From assembly GCA_044221555.1 (NCBI GenBank), contig JBGAOY010000001.1, forward strand, positions 135,793 to 199,792: 64,000 bases of DNA, given 5' to 3'. Shown here piece after piece: positions 45,577-54,535 of the stretch; the first letter of the stretch is position 1, and each line of letters starts with the position of its first letter. A program made the position numbers and the translations under genes. This stretch comes from Acidimicrobiales bacterium. GTDB taxonomy: Bacteria; Actinomycetota; Acidimicrobiia; Acidimicrobiales; DATDAH01. The notes beneath the pieces are model-generated. The model did no database searches. It was not told where the DNA came from and saw nothing but the letters and a program-made list of their open reading frames with translations.

Positions 45577-46161
45577 TCAGGGTCGCAGGTGGCCGGTCTC
45601 GTTGATGCTGACGATGGATCGCGGCCCCGAGCGGGCGGCGCGCACCCTGCTGATGCCGGTGTAGTCCGGGTGGAAGAACATGGGGTCGGCCAGACCCAGG
45701 ACATGGGCCAGGTACACGTTGATCACACCGCCGTGGCACACCACCGCCACCTCACCGCCCGGATGCGCGGTGATCACGCGCTCCATGGCGGCCACCAGAC
45801 GGTGGGCGAAGGCCGCTCTGGCGTCTTCGCCGGCCCAGGTGCCGTCCACCAATTCCTGGTACCGGGGGTCGCCCTCGGCCTTCAACTCCTCCAGCGGGAT
45901 GTAGAAGTCGGCGTCGCGATCGAACTCGGCGAGGTCGTCGTCGATCTCGGTCTCGACCCCCAGCGCGCGCGCCAGTGGCGCAGCGGTCTCCAGCGCCCGG
46001 CGCAGGGGGCTGGACCAGACCGCGTCGAGGGGTGCGTCGTGCAGCCAGGCGGCGAGGCGCTCGGACTGGGCCAGGCCCTCGGGCGACAGCCCGGGGTCGG
46101 CGCCGCTCGCGACACCCTCGACCCGCAGCGGCAGGGCGTGGCGGATCAACCAGAGCTGCAT
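45577..46161 (-). CDS. Histidine phosphatase family protein (phosphoglycerate mutase-like)
   Basis: I trimmed the track ORF to the ATG at 46161. MQLWLIRHALP is a variant of the RHG motif, and ..VVCHGGVINV.. supplies the second catalytic His. Confidence 0.8.
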   Translation of the reverse strand: MQLWLIRHALPLRVEGVASGADPGLSPEGLAQSERLAAWLHDAPLDAVWSSPLRRALETAAPLARALGVETEIDDDLAEFDRDADFYIPLEELKAEGDPRYQELVDGTWAGEDARAAFAHRLVAAMERVITAHPGGEVAVVCHGGVINVYLAHVLGLADPMFFHPDYTGISRVRAARSGPRSIVSINETGHLRP

Positions 46162-46294
46162 CGGAGGACGGTCCTTTCGCGGCGATCGGCGGTGGCGGCG
46201 CCCCGGGCGCGGCCTGGACGGGGGGGCCGGCCGGTGGCGGTGGCCGTGCGTCGAAGTCGGACGAAAGCTACCAAGGCCCCGTAGCGTGTGTGGC

Positions 46295-47725
46295 ATGGCC
46301 CGCCGGACCAAGATCGTCGCCACCATCGGCCCGGCGTCCGAGTCGCCCGCGATGATGCAGCGGATGGTGGAGGCGGGCATGGACGTGGCCCGCCTGGGCC
46401 TGGCCCACGACACGCTCGATCTGCAGATCGAGCGCTACTTCCGGCTCCGGGCTGCGGCCGAGGCGGTCGGTCGCCCCCTCGGGATCCTCGTCGACCTCCC
46501 CGGCCCCAAGGTGCGCGCCGGTGCGTTCCCCGAAGGCGGCCTCGACCTGGTGGAAGGCCAGCGGCTGCGCCTCGCCCCGGGATCGGGCTCGAGCACGGCC
46601 GAGGTCGTCGAGGTCGACTACGCGGGGCTGCTCGACGACGTCGAGGTGGGCGACACACTCCTGTTCGGCGACGGCTCGGTGGTCGTCGCCGTCCGCGACC
46701 GCGACGGCGGCGGGCTGGCGGTCGAGGTGGACCACGGCGGGCACCTCGAGGGCCGTCCGGGGGTCCACGTGCCGTCCGACCGGTTGCGCACGCCCACGCC
46801 CACGCCTGCCGACCTGCGCATGCTCGATGCGTTCGTCGAGGTGGGGGTGGACATGGTGGCGGTGTCGTTCGTGCGATCGGCCCACGACGTGCGCCGCGTC
46901 GGCACCGAGCCGCACCCGCGCGGTCCGCTGGTCATCGCCAAGGTCGAGACGCGCGCCGCGGTCGAGAACCTCGAAGGGATCGTGGCGGAGTCGGGGGCCA
47001 TCATGGTGGCTCGTGGCGACCTGGGTGCCGAGTTCCCGATCGAGGAGCTGCCCCACCTCCAGAAGAAGATCATCCGCCAGTGCATCTCGCTCGGGCGCCC
47101 GGTCATCACCGCCACCCAGATGCTCGAGTCCATGATCCACGCCGCCACGCCCACCCGCGCCGAGGCCTCCGACGTCGCCAACGCGGTGTTCGACGGCTCC
47201 AGCGCGGTGATGCTCTCCGGCGAGACCGCCATCGGACACGACCCCGTGGGCACCGTGCGCACGATGGCGCGCATCGCCGGGAGGGCCGACCAGGAGTTCG
47301 ACTACAACGGCTGGGCACCGCAACTCTCGCAGCTGAACGCGACCGGGCAGGCTGCCGGCGACGCCCAGGTCACGGACACGATGACCATGGCGGCGTGGCG
47401 GGCCGCCACCGAGATGCGGGCGGCGGCGATCATCTGCCTCTCCCGCAGTGGCTTCACGGTGCGGGCCATCGCCCGGTTCCGACCCCAGACGAAGATCCTG
47501 GGGTTCTCGGCCGACGAGCGCACGGTTCGCCAGCTCACGCTCAGCTGGGGCGCCACGCCCATCGCGCTCGACCCGCACGGTGACCCCGCCGATCAAGTCG
47601 AGCTGGCGATCGAGTCGGCACGGGCCCTCGGTCACATCCGATCCGGTGACACCGTGGCCGTGCTCGCCGGCGCGCACGGGCGGTCGAGGGCCACCGATCA
47701 GCTGCGCCTGGTCCGCGTGCCCTGA
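46295..47725 (+). CDS. pyk: Pyruvate kinase
   Basis: MARRTKIVATIGPASESP.., ..MVARGDLGAEFPIEE.. and ..ATQMLESMI.. are canonical pyruvate kinase motifs. Confidence 0.93.
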   Translation: MARRTKIVATIGPASESPAMMQRMVEAGMDVARLGLAHDTLDLQIERYFRLRAAAEAVGRPLGILVDLPGPKVRAGAFPEGGLDLVEGQRLRLAPGSGSSTAEVVEVDYAGLLDDVEVGDTLLFGDGSVVVAVRDRDGGGLAVEVDHGGHLEGRPGVHVPSDRLRTPTPTPADLRMLDAFVEVGVDMVAVSFVRSAHDVRRVGTEPHPRGPLVIAKVETRAAVENLEGIVAESGAIMVARGDLGAEFPIEELPHLQKKIIRQCISLGRPVITATQMLESMIHAATPTRAEASDVANAVFDGSSAVMLSGETAIGHDPVGTVRTMARIAGRADQEFDYNGWAPQLSQLNATGQAAGDAQVTDTMTMAAWRAATEMRAAAIICLSRSGFTVRAIARFRPQTKILGFSADERTVRQLTLSWGATPIALDPHGDPADQVELAIESARALGHIRSGDTVAVLAGAHGRSRATDQLRLVRVP

Positions 47726-47732
47726 ACCGGCG

Positions 47733-48638
47733 ATGGGGCTCTTCGACCGTCTCCGGAGCGGCAAGGTCGCGTTCGTGCTCAGCGGCGGCGGCAACCTCGG
47801 TGCCATCCAGGTGGGCATGCTGCGGGCCCTGGTGGAGCGGGGGATCCGTGCCGACCTGGTGCTGGGGTGCTCGGTGGGCGCGTTGAACGGGGCCGCCTAC
47901 GCCGCCGACCCCACACCCGCCGGCGTGCGGCGGCTCGAGGCCCTCTGGAACGGCATCGACGACGACGAGGTCATGCCCAGCGGCTGGTTGCCCCCGTCGG
48001 TGATGCTGGCCCGTCGACGGGAGGCGGTCCACGACAATTCCGGCCTGCGGCGCCTGATCCAGGACGCGCTCGGTGTCGAGCGATTCGAGGAGCTCCGGGT
48101 GCCGTTCCACTGTGTGGCCACCGCGGTCGAGCCGGCGGCCGAGGCCTGGTTCAGCAGCGGGCCGCTCATCGACCCGATCCTGGCGTCGGCGGCGCTGCCC
48201 GGGATCTTCCCGCTCGTGCGCATCGGCGACCTGCGGTACATGGACGGCGCAGTGGTGAACGACGTCCCGGTGACCAAGGCGGTGGCACTGGGGGCTCGGA
48301 CGATCTACGTGCTGCACGTCGGCACCCTCGACCGGCCGTGGCTGGACCCGAAGCGGCCGCTCGACGTGATCGTGCAGGCGTACTGGATCGCCCGCCGGCA
48401 TCGCTACCACGAGGACCTCGAAGCCCTGCCCCGCCGTGTGAAGGTGGTGGTGCTTCCCCCGGGTGCACCACCGCGCCTGAAGTACAACGACTTCAGCCAC
48501 AGCGACGAGTTGATCACGCAGGCGTTCGCGGCCACGGCCGCCCACCTGGACGCCCGTCACGGCCGCGAGCTCCCCAGCGACGGGATGCTGCCGGCGCCAC
48601 CGCTCACCGTCGCGCCCGATGCCGACGACGAGCGATAG
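47733..48638 (+). CDS. Patatin-like phospholipase
   Basis: The ATG at 47733 was chosen. FVLSGGGNLGAIQVG is the oxyanion hole, GCSVGALNG is the GxSxG motif and DGAVVNDVP carries the catalytic Asp. Confidence 0.85.
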   Translation: MGLFDRLRSGKVAFVLSGGGNLGAIQVGMLRALVERGIRADLVLGCSVGALNGAAYAADPTPAGVRRLEALWNGIDDDEVMPSGWLPPSVMLARRREAVHDNSGLRRLIQDALGVERFEELRVPFHCVATAVEPAAEAWFSSGPLIDPILASAALPGIFPLVRIGDLRYMDGAVVNDVPVTKAVALGARTIYVLHVGTLDRPWLDPKRPLDVIVQAYWIARRHRYHEDLEALPRRVKVVVLPPGAPPRLKYNDFSHSDELITQAFAATAAHLDARHGRELPSDGMLPAPPLTVAPDADDER

Positions 48639-48647
48639 GTTCGGGGG

Positions 48648-49082
48648 GTGTCCAGCGTCCAGTTCTCGAGTGGCCTCCCGGAGACGGTGCTCGACGCCGA
48701 GCCCGTCGAGCTGCTGACCGCCCTCGACTCGGCCCTGGGCCGGCCCGAGCCCGACCGGCGGGCCGCCGTCGCGGCGGTGGTGGCCGACCACCCCCGCTTC
48801 CTCGACGGCTGGGCGCGGCTCGGCGACCTCGGCCGCGACGACGTGGAGTCCTACGCCGCCTACCGGGTGGGGTACCACCGGGGCCTCGACCGGTTGCGCC
48901 AGAGCGGATGGCGCGGCTCGGGCTATGTCCGCTGGCAGCACCCCGAGAACCGCGGGTTCCTCCGGGCGCTCGAGGGGCTCCGCCGTACCGCGGGCGCCAT
49001 CGGCGAGCTCGACGAGGAGGAGCGGTGCGCGCTGTTCCTGCGCCAGCTCGACCCGTCGTGGCCCCCGTCCGACCTGGGCTGA
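48648..49082 (+). CDS. DUF3151-family protein
   Basis: The ORF is 144 aa. ..HPRFLDGWARLGDLGRDDVESYAAYRVGYHRGLDRLRQSGWRGSGYVRW..NRGFLRAL.. matches my memory of this conserved actinobacterial family. Confidence 0.6.
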   Translation: MSSVQFSSGLPETVLDAEPVELLTALDSALGRPEPDRRAAVAAVVADHPRFLDGWARLGDLGRDDVESYAAYRVGYHRGLDRLRQSGWRGSGYVRWQHPENRGFLRALEGLRRTAGAIGELDEEERCALFLRQLDPSWPPSDLG

Positions 49083-49259
49083 CACCGCGCCGGCACTGAA
49101 GAGCGACCGATCGCTGCGCAGCTCCGGGCGCGCGGCTGGCCCTGCACGTGCCGCGCGGTGCAACCCCGGAGAGCTTCGACCTGACCCGCGCCCGAGCGTC
49201 TCGGTCGGGCTCGGGCGCCGGCGGCGACCGTGAGGCTGCGTGGGCGGCCGGCGATGGAC

Positions 49260-49287
49260 AACCCCGCGACGCAGAACCCCGCGACGC
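49260..49287 (+). repeat. Perfect 13-nt direct repeat (aaccccgcgacgc x2, 15-nt period) in the long upstream region of the first secreted paralog
   Basis: The copies lie at 49260-49272 and 49275-49287. Both fall inside a possible 22-codon sORF (49254-49322). Confidence 0.5.
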
Positions 49288-49347
49288 CCGTTCTGTCGGT
49301 GCAGGTGTCGGTGGATAGGTAACCGGCACCCGGGGTCCCGGAAAGAC

Positions 49348-49362
49348 GAGTAGCCGCTACTC
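49348..49362. promoter_or_regulatory. Perfect 7-1-7 palindrome, candidate operator
   Basis: gagtagc-c-gctactc sits in a relatively low-GC stretch about 100 nt upstream of the ATG at 49465. Confidence 0.3.
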
Positions 49363-49464
49363 ACGACACAAGGGCACCCGTCGCGGACACTGGGCGGGTG
49401 CCGTCCACCCTGACGGCGCTCGCCGGTGGATGACCCGCCAGCCGATCCCTCAGGAGACAACGCA

Positions 49465-49989
49465 ATGCCCAAGAGTTCCGTTCGTACCCTCGCCTCGCAA
49501 CTGAGCATCGCGATCGCCGGCGCGGTCGTCGCCATCGCGCTGACCAGCGGCGGCTTCGCCTTCGCCCAGGACGCCCCGGCGGCCGGCGCCGGCGTGGCCG
49601 AGACCCTGGCCGGCCCCAACACCGTCAACGGCGCCGCCATCATCAACGGCAGCGTGGGCCGAGCCGACATCAAGCCCGGCGTGGCGCCCCTCTACGCAAG
49701 GATCGACGCCGATGCTGGGTCGGCGACGCTCCTGTCGGGCAAGGGAGTCACCGCCGTGGGCGGTGGAGGTGGCTTCTACACGGTGACCTTCGTCCGTTCG
49801 GTGGTCGGGTGCGCCTGGGTCGCCACGCTCACCGACAACGATGCCGGTGCGAGCTCAGCCGGTGAGATCTCGATCGACCGCAACCTGCCTGGGGACGCGT
49901 TCACGCTCCGGATCAAGACCTACAACAGTGCCGGAGCGTCGGCCTCGCCCGCCGACGACGACGGCTTCACCGTGATGGTGACCTGCTAG
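49465..49989 (+). CDS. Secreted protein of unknown family, tandem paralog A (C-terminal Cys)
   Basis: The ATG at 49465 is preceded by CAGGAGA. The signal peptide is ..IAIAGAVVAIALTSGGFAFAQDA. The mature protein contains NGAAIINGSVGRADIKPG, a conserved internal Cys (VVGCAWVATLTDND) and ends DGFTVMVTC*. Confidence 0.7.
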   Translation: MPKSSVRTLASQLSIAIAGAVVAIALTSGGFAFAQDAPAAGAGVAETLAGPNTVNGAAIINGSVGRADIKPGVAPLYARIDADAGSATLLSGKGVTAVGGGGGFYTVTFVRSVVGCAWVATLTDNDAGASSAGEISIDRNLPGDAFTLRIKTYNSAGASASPADDDGFTVMVTC

Positions 49990-50020
49990 CGCGGCCGGTC
50001 AGCAGCTCACGCGCACGGTT

Positions 50021-50056
50021 CGCCCACCCCGTCGCCTCCGGGCGAGGGGGTGGGCG
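50021..50056 (+). terminator. Terminator-like hairpin after paralog A
   Basis: cgcccaccccgtcgcc-tccg-ggcgagggggtgggcg pairs 15 of 16 bp. ttcgccgttctg follows it. Confidence 0.55.
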
Positions 50057-50155
50057 TTCGCCGTTCTGGGAGCGCCTGCACGCCGTGGAGCCACCACTTA
50101 AGGTGCTCGGGTCAAGAGCAGGGCGGCAGCGTGCCGTCACGAACCAGGAGAACCC

Positions 50156-50704
50156 ATGAGCAAGAGCCCTCTTCGTACCCTCGGCACCCAGGTGGTGTCG
50201 GCTGCGGTCGGTGCCGCGGTAGCCGTCGCCCTGGTGGGCGGAGGCTTCGCCTTCGCCCAGTCGGCGCCCGAGACCGGTGCGGCCGTCGCCGAGGTGGCCG
50301 CGGCCAACTCGGTGGACAGCGCCGCGATCATCAACGGCAGCGTCACCGGCACCGACATCGCCAACGGCACCGTCGGCCGCAACGACCTGAAGTCGAACGT
50401 CGTCCCCCGCTGGGCCAAGGTGAACGCCGGCATCGCCACCGCTCTGCTGCGTGGGCGCGGGGTCGAGTCGGCCTTCCGCGCCTCGGCCGGTGTGTACCGG
50501 GTCTCGTTCACCGACTCGGTGGCGAACTGCGGCTGGACCGCCACGTTGAACGACAACGGCAACGGCACCAGCACACCGGGCGAGCTCTCGGTCGAGAGCA
50601 GCGTCTCCAACCCGACCGACCTGATCGTGCGCACGTACAACAGCGCGGGTGCGGTCGCCGACACGGGCGAGACCGACGGGTTCACCGTCACCGTCGACTG
50701 CTAG
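50156..50704 (+). CDS. Secreted protein of unknown family, tandem paralog B (C-terminal Cys)
   Basis: The ORF is 182 aa, with AGGAGAA upstream of the ATG. The signal peptide is ..AVAVALVGGGFAFAQSA. The protein is colinear with paralog A (SAAIINGSVTGTDIANGTVGRNDLKSN; VANCGWTATLNDNG) and ends DGFTVTVDC*. Confidence 0.75.
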   Translation: MSKSPLRTLGTQVVSAAVGAAVAVALVGGGFAFAQSAPETGAAVAEVAAANSVDSAAIINGSVTGTDIANGTVGRNDLKSNVVPRWAKVNAGIATALLRGRGVESAFRASAGVYRVSFTDSVANCGWTATLNDNGNGTSTPGELSVESSVSNPTDLIVRTYNSAGAVADTGETDGFTVTVDC

Positions 50705-50719
50705 GAGCCCCGTTCGGCG

Positions 50720-50760
50720 CCGTGTGCGCCTCGCCCCGCGTCGGGGCGGGGCGCACACGG
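50720..50760 (+). terminator. Terminator-like hairpin after paralog B
   Basis: ccgtgtgcgcctcgccccg-cgt-cggggcggggcgcacacgg pairs 18 of 19 bp. No clear U-tract follows. Confidence 0.45.
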
Positions 50761-50792
50761 TGTGGCACCCCCCGGCGCTCTACCATCGGCCG

Positions 50793-52028
50793 ATGACCAC
50801 CGAGCACTTTCCCGCCACGGGCGTCTCCACCGAGGAATTGCTGGCCGAGGTCCGGGCCATGCGGGGCGGCGACCTCGACTGGCGGGGCGGCAAGGCGTTC
50901 AGCCTCGTCTACAACGTCGCCGACGAGGGCCTCGAGCACGTGCTGCACGAGGTCGCCACCGCCTTCCTGCACGAGAACGCGCTGAACCCGTTCGCGTTCC
51001 CCAGCCTGCTGCAGATGGAGCAGGAGATCGTGGCCATGGCCGCCGACCTGCTGGGTGGACCACAGCGAGCCGGCGCGCTCACGTCCGGCGGCACCGAGAG
51101 CATCTTCCTCGCGGTGCAGACGGCGCGTGAGCACGCCCGCCACGGGCGGGGCATCGCCGAGCCGCAGATCATCACCGCCAACACCGCCCACCCGGCGTTC
51201 GCCAAGGCGTGCCACTACCTCGACATCGAGCGGGTCGTGGTCGATGTCGGGGACGACCTGCGGCTCGACCCGGCCGATGTCGAGGCGGCCATCGGGGCGC
51301 GCACCGCCCTGATCGTGGGCTCGGCACCCTGCTACCCGTACGGGGTCATCGATCCCATCGCCGACCTGGCCGCGTTGGCCTCCGATCGAGGGGTGCTGTG
51401 CCACGTCGATGCCTGCCTCGGCGGGTGGCTGCTGCCGTTCTGGGAGAGCATCGGCGAGACCGTGCCGCCGTGGGACCTGCGGGTGCCAGGGGTGACCTCG
51501 CTGTCGGCCGACGTGCACAAGTACGGCTACACCTTCAAGGGCGCGTCGGTGCTGCTCTACCAGTCGCGTGACCTGCTGGAGCGACAGTTCTTCCTGTTCG
51601 ACGAGTGGCCCGGCGGGCTCTACGGCTCGGCCACGGCCGCAGGGACCCGGCCCGCCGCCCCCATCGCCGGCGCCTGGGCGGCGATCCGCTTCCTGGGCCG
51701 CCCGGGGTACGAGCGACTGGCCCGCACCGTCCGCGACACCACCCGTGCCTTCCAGGAGGGAATCGCCGCCATCGACGGACTCACCGTCACCGGCGACCCC
51801 GATCTGTCCGTCTTCGAGTTCTCGTCGGCCACCGGCGACATCGCCGCGATCGGTGACGCCATGGACGACAAGGGCTGGAAGTTGGACCGCCAGCAGGGCG
51901 GGCTGCACGTGATGGTCTCGCCGGGCCATGCCGCAGTGACCGAGCGGTTCCTCGCCGACCTGGCCGAGGCCGTCGCCCACCACGGCGAGTCACGCGGCAC
52001 CGACGCGGTGTACGGGGGCATCGTCTGA
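50793..52028 (+). CDS. Pyridoxal-phosphate-dependent decarboxylase/lyase (group II decarboxylase, sphingosine-1-phosphate-lyase-like)
   Basis: I trimmed the track ORF to the ATG at 50793 (MTTEHFPATG..). Motifs are ..GGTESIFLAVQTARE.., ..HVDACLGGW.. and the PLP-lysine context SADVHKYGYTFKGASVLLY. Confidence 0.75.
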   Translation: MTTEHFPATGVSTEELLAEVRAMRGGDLDWRGGKAFSLVYNVADEGLEHVLHEVATAFLHENALNPFAFPSLLQMEQEIVAMAADLLGGPQRAGALTSGGTESIFLAVQTAREHARHGRGIAEPQIITANTAHPAFAKACHYLDIERVVVDVGDDLRLDPADVEAAIGARTALIVGSAPCYPYGVIDPIADLAALASDRGVLCHVDACLGGWLLPFWESIGETVPPWDLRVPGVTSLSADVHKYGYTFKGASVLLYQSRDLLERQFFLFDEWPGGLYGSATAAGTRPAAPIAGAWAAIRFLGRPGYERLARTVRDTTRAFQEGIAAIDGLTVTGDPDLSVFEFSSATGDIAAIGDAMDDKGWKLDRQQGGLHVMVSPGHAAVTERFLADLAEAVAHHGESRGTDAVYGGIV

Positions 52029-52042
52029 GCTTCTCGGGCGCG

Positions 52043-52591
52043 GTGCTCACGGGTGGGGCCAGCCGCCGCATGGGCCGCGACAAGGCCTTGCTGGTGGTCG
52101 ACGGGCAGGCCCTGGCGGCGACGGCCGCCCGAGCGCTCACCCGAGCGGGGGCGGCAGAGGTCTTCTGCGTCGGTGGCGACGAGGCGGCGCTCGTCGCGCT
52201 GGGGCTCACCGTGGTGGCCGATCGTCACCCGGGGGAGGGCCCGCTGGGCGGGCTGGTCACCGCGTTGCGCCACGCCCGGGAGGACCTGGTGGTGGTGCTC
52301 TCGTGCGATCTCCCGGCGGCGTCGCCCCGGGCCGTCGAGGCCGTCGTCCGTGCGCTGCGCTCCGAGCCGGGGTCGGCGCTGGCCGTCCCCGTCCAGGACG
52401 GGCGCCGCCAGTTCCTGCACGGGGCCTATCGCCGTCGGTCACTGCCGGACTGGGAGGCCGCCTTCGCGTCCGGCGAGCGGTCGCTGCACCGGCCTGCGTC
52501 GCGGCTGTCCGTCGTCGAGGTCGCGGGCCTGGACCCGGCGTGGCTGCACGACGCCGACGCGCCCGAGGATCTGCCCGACCCGCCGGGGTGA
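52043..52591 (+). CDS. mobA: Molybdenum cofactor guanylyltransferase
   Basis: LTGGASRRMGRDKALL is the MobA N-terminal signature. The protein is about 180 aa. The start is a GTG at 52043. Confidence 0.75.
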   Translation: MLTGGASRRMGRDKALLVVDGQALAATAARALTRAGAAEVFCVGGDEAALVALGLTVVADRHPGEGPLGGLVTALRHAREDLVVVLSCDLPAASPRAVEAVVRALRSEPGSALAVPVQDGRRQFLHGAYRRRSLPDWEAAFASGERSLHRPASRLSVVEVAGLDPAWLHDADAPEDLPDPPG

Positions 52592-52634
52592 CCGGTACGC
52601 TCGGCCCCACCCAGACGAGCACCAGGAGGCGCCC

Positions 52635-52958
52635 GTGGACCCGCAGGTACCCGAGATCGACGTCGAGGCATTGGCCCAGCAGCGAGAGGTGCCGCTGGTC
52701 GACGTGCGCGAGGTCGCCGAGTACCAGGAGTTCCACGTGCCGGGCGCTCAGCTCCTGCCGCTCAGCGAGCTCACCGAGCGGGTGGCCGAGCTCCCGTCCG
52801 ACGGGCAGGTGTTCCTGATCTGTCGCACCGGCGCCCGCAGCCATCGGGCCGCCGAGTACCTGCGCCAGCAGGGCATCGACGCGGTGAACGTGGCCGGCGG
52901 CAGCGTCGCGTGGGTCGAGGCGGGCCATCCCGTGGCCTCGGGCCTCGAGCCGGGCTGA
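52635..52958 (+). CDS. Rhodanese-domain sulfurtransferase (single domain)
   Basis: The GTG at 52635 is preceded by AGGAGG. The active-site loop is LICRTGARSHRAA (CRxGxR). Confidence 0.8.
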   Translation: MDPQVPEIDVEALAQQREVPLVDVREVAEYQEFHVPGAQLLPLSELTERVAELPSDGQVFLICRTGARSHRAAEYLRQQGIDAVNVAGGSVAWVEAGHPVASGLEPG

Positions 52959-52968
52959 GGTCCGGCGC

Positions 52969-54135
52969 GTGGCCGACCCCCCGCTGGAGCTCGTCGACGA
53001 CGAGGCGGCGTGGCGTGAGATCCTCGATCAGCTCGTGGACGAGCCCCGGTACGGCGTCGACACCGAGTTCCATCGTGAGCGCACCTACTTCCCCAAGTTG
53101 GCGCTGGTGCAGATCGTGTGGCGGGGCGGCATCGTCCTCATCGACCCCCTTGCCGTCGACCTGGGCCCGATGGCCAAGATCCTGGAGGGCCCCGGGACCG
53201 CGGTGATGCACGCCGCGGGCCAGGACCTCGAGGTGTTGCACCACGCCTGCGGTGCGGTTCCCTCCCGGCTGTTCGACACCCAGCTGGCGGCCGGGTTCGT
53301 GGGCATGTCGTCACCGTCCCTGGCGTCGCTGGTCGAGCGTGAGCTGGGCGAGAAGCTGGAGAAGGGCGATCGCCTCACCGACTGGCTGCGCCGGCCGCTG
53401 TCGGCCGACCAGCGCCGGTACGCCGCGCTCGACGTGGCGCACCTCTTCGCCCTGCAGGACCAGCTCACCGAGCAGCTGGCCGAGGCGGGTCGGGTCGAAT
53501 GGGCCGCGACGGAGTGCGAACGCCTGCGCACCAGCAACCCGTGGGACCGCGACCCGGCCGAGGCGTGGCGCCGCATCAAGGAGGTCCGACAGCTCCGCGG
53601 CCGGGCACTGGCGGTGGCCCAGTCGCTCGCCGCGTGGCGGGAGCGCCGGGCCGCGGCCATCGACCAGCCGGTCCGGTTCGTGATGCCGGACCTGGGCATC
53701 GTCGGCGTGGCCCAACGGGCACCGCGCACGATCGACGAGCTGCGCAAGGTGCGCGGCATCGACGATCGCCACACCCGTGGCGCCGCGGCCGAAGGGATAC
53801 TGGCGGCGGTGGCCGAGGGCCTGGAGCGCCCACCACCGCCCCCGCGCACCGACCTGCCCGGGGAGCTGGCGCGCGAGCTGCGGCCCGCGGTGGGGCTGGT
53901 GTCAGCCTGGGTGAGCCAGTTGGCCCGCGACCTGCGGATCGACACCGCCATCCTCGCCACCCGCGCCGACCTCGAGGCCCTGCTTCGGGGCGACCCCGAT
54001 GCCCGGCTGGCCCATGGCTGGCGGGCCGAGGTGGCCGGCGGTCCCATTCGGCAGTTGGTGGACGGGCGGGCGGCGCTGGCCTTCGACGGCAAGGGCGGGC
54101 TGCTCCTCGAGCGGCGCTCCAACCAACCCCTGTAG
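52969..54135 (+). CDS. rnd: Ribonuclease D (DEDD 3'-5' exonuclease plus HRDC)
   Basis: Motifs are YGVDTEF (ExoI), HAAGQDLEVL (ExoII) and YAALDVAHL (ExoIII), followed by an HRDC-like region. The ORF is 388 aa. Confidence 0.85.
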   Translation: MADPPLELVDDEAAWREILDQLVDEPRYGVDTEFHRERTYFPKLALVQIVWRGGIVLIDPLAVDLGPMAKILEGPGTAVMHAAGQDLEVLHHACGAVPSRLFDTQLAAGFVGMSSPSLASLVERELGEKLEKGDRLTDWLRRPLSADQRRYAALDVAHLFALQDQLTEQLAEAGRVEWAATECERLRTSNPWDRDPAEAWRRIKEVRQLRGRALAVAQSLAAWRERRAAAIDQPVRFVMPDLGIVGVAQRAPRTIDELRKVRGIDDRHTRGAAAEGILAAVAEGLERPPPPPRTDLPGELARELRPAVGLVSAWVSQLARDLRIDTAILATRADLEALLRGDPDARLAHGWRAEVAGGPIRQLVDGRAALAFDGKGGLLLERRSNQPL

Positions 54136-54250
54136 ACGGGCCGTGTCTGCCCGACCGGCCGAACCGCAGGCCCGGTGACCGGGGAGGGCGAGGGGCGCTG
54201 GCGTCGGCCGAGTGCGAAGAGACGCACCCTCCGGGCGAACAGGTCCCCGC

Positions 54251-54535
54251 TCAGCGTCCGAGCACGGCGCCGGCCGACACGATAAGGCCGAGCAGCAGCG
54301 CCACCAGGGCGAAGCGCCGATCGCCCTTGCGGAGCCAGCGCCGGGCCAGCCAGCCCAGGCGGATCAAGGGCACGGCGACCAGCACGGCCACCATCGCCAC
54401 GCCCAGCGCGGTGCCGAGGCGGCCGGGCATGACCAGCGCGGCGACGGCCACCGCGAACGCCGTCGTCACACCCACCCGCAGGAAGCGGGCCAGGCGACGC
54501 TGGCGGTCGGCGCGTGGGTCGAGGGGTGCGCTCAC
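54251..54535 (-). CDS. Small two-TM membrane protein (DUF1634-like partner of TauE exporters)
   Basis: I trimmed the track ORF to the GTG at 54535, which overlaps the TauE stop (GTGA). The protein is 94 aa with two hydrophobic helices. Confidence 0.5.
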   Translation of the reverse strand: MSAPLDPRADRQRRLARFLRVGVTTAFAVAVAALVMPGRLGTALGVAMVAVLVAVPLIRLGWLARRWLRKGDRRFALVALLLGLIVSAGAVLGR

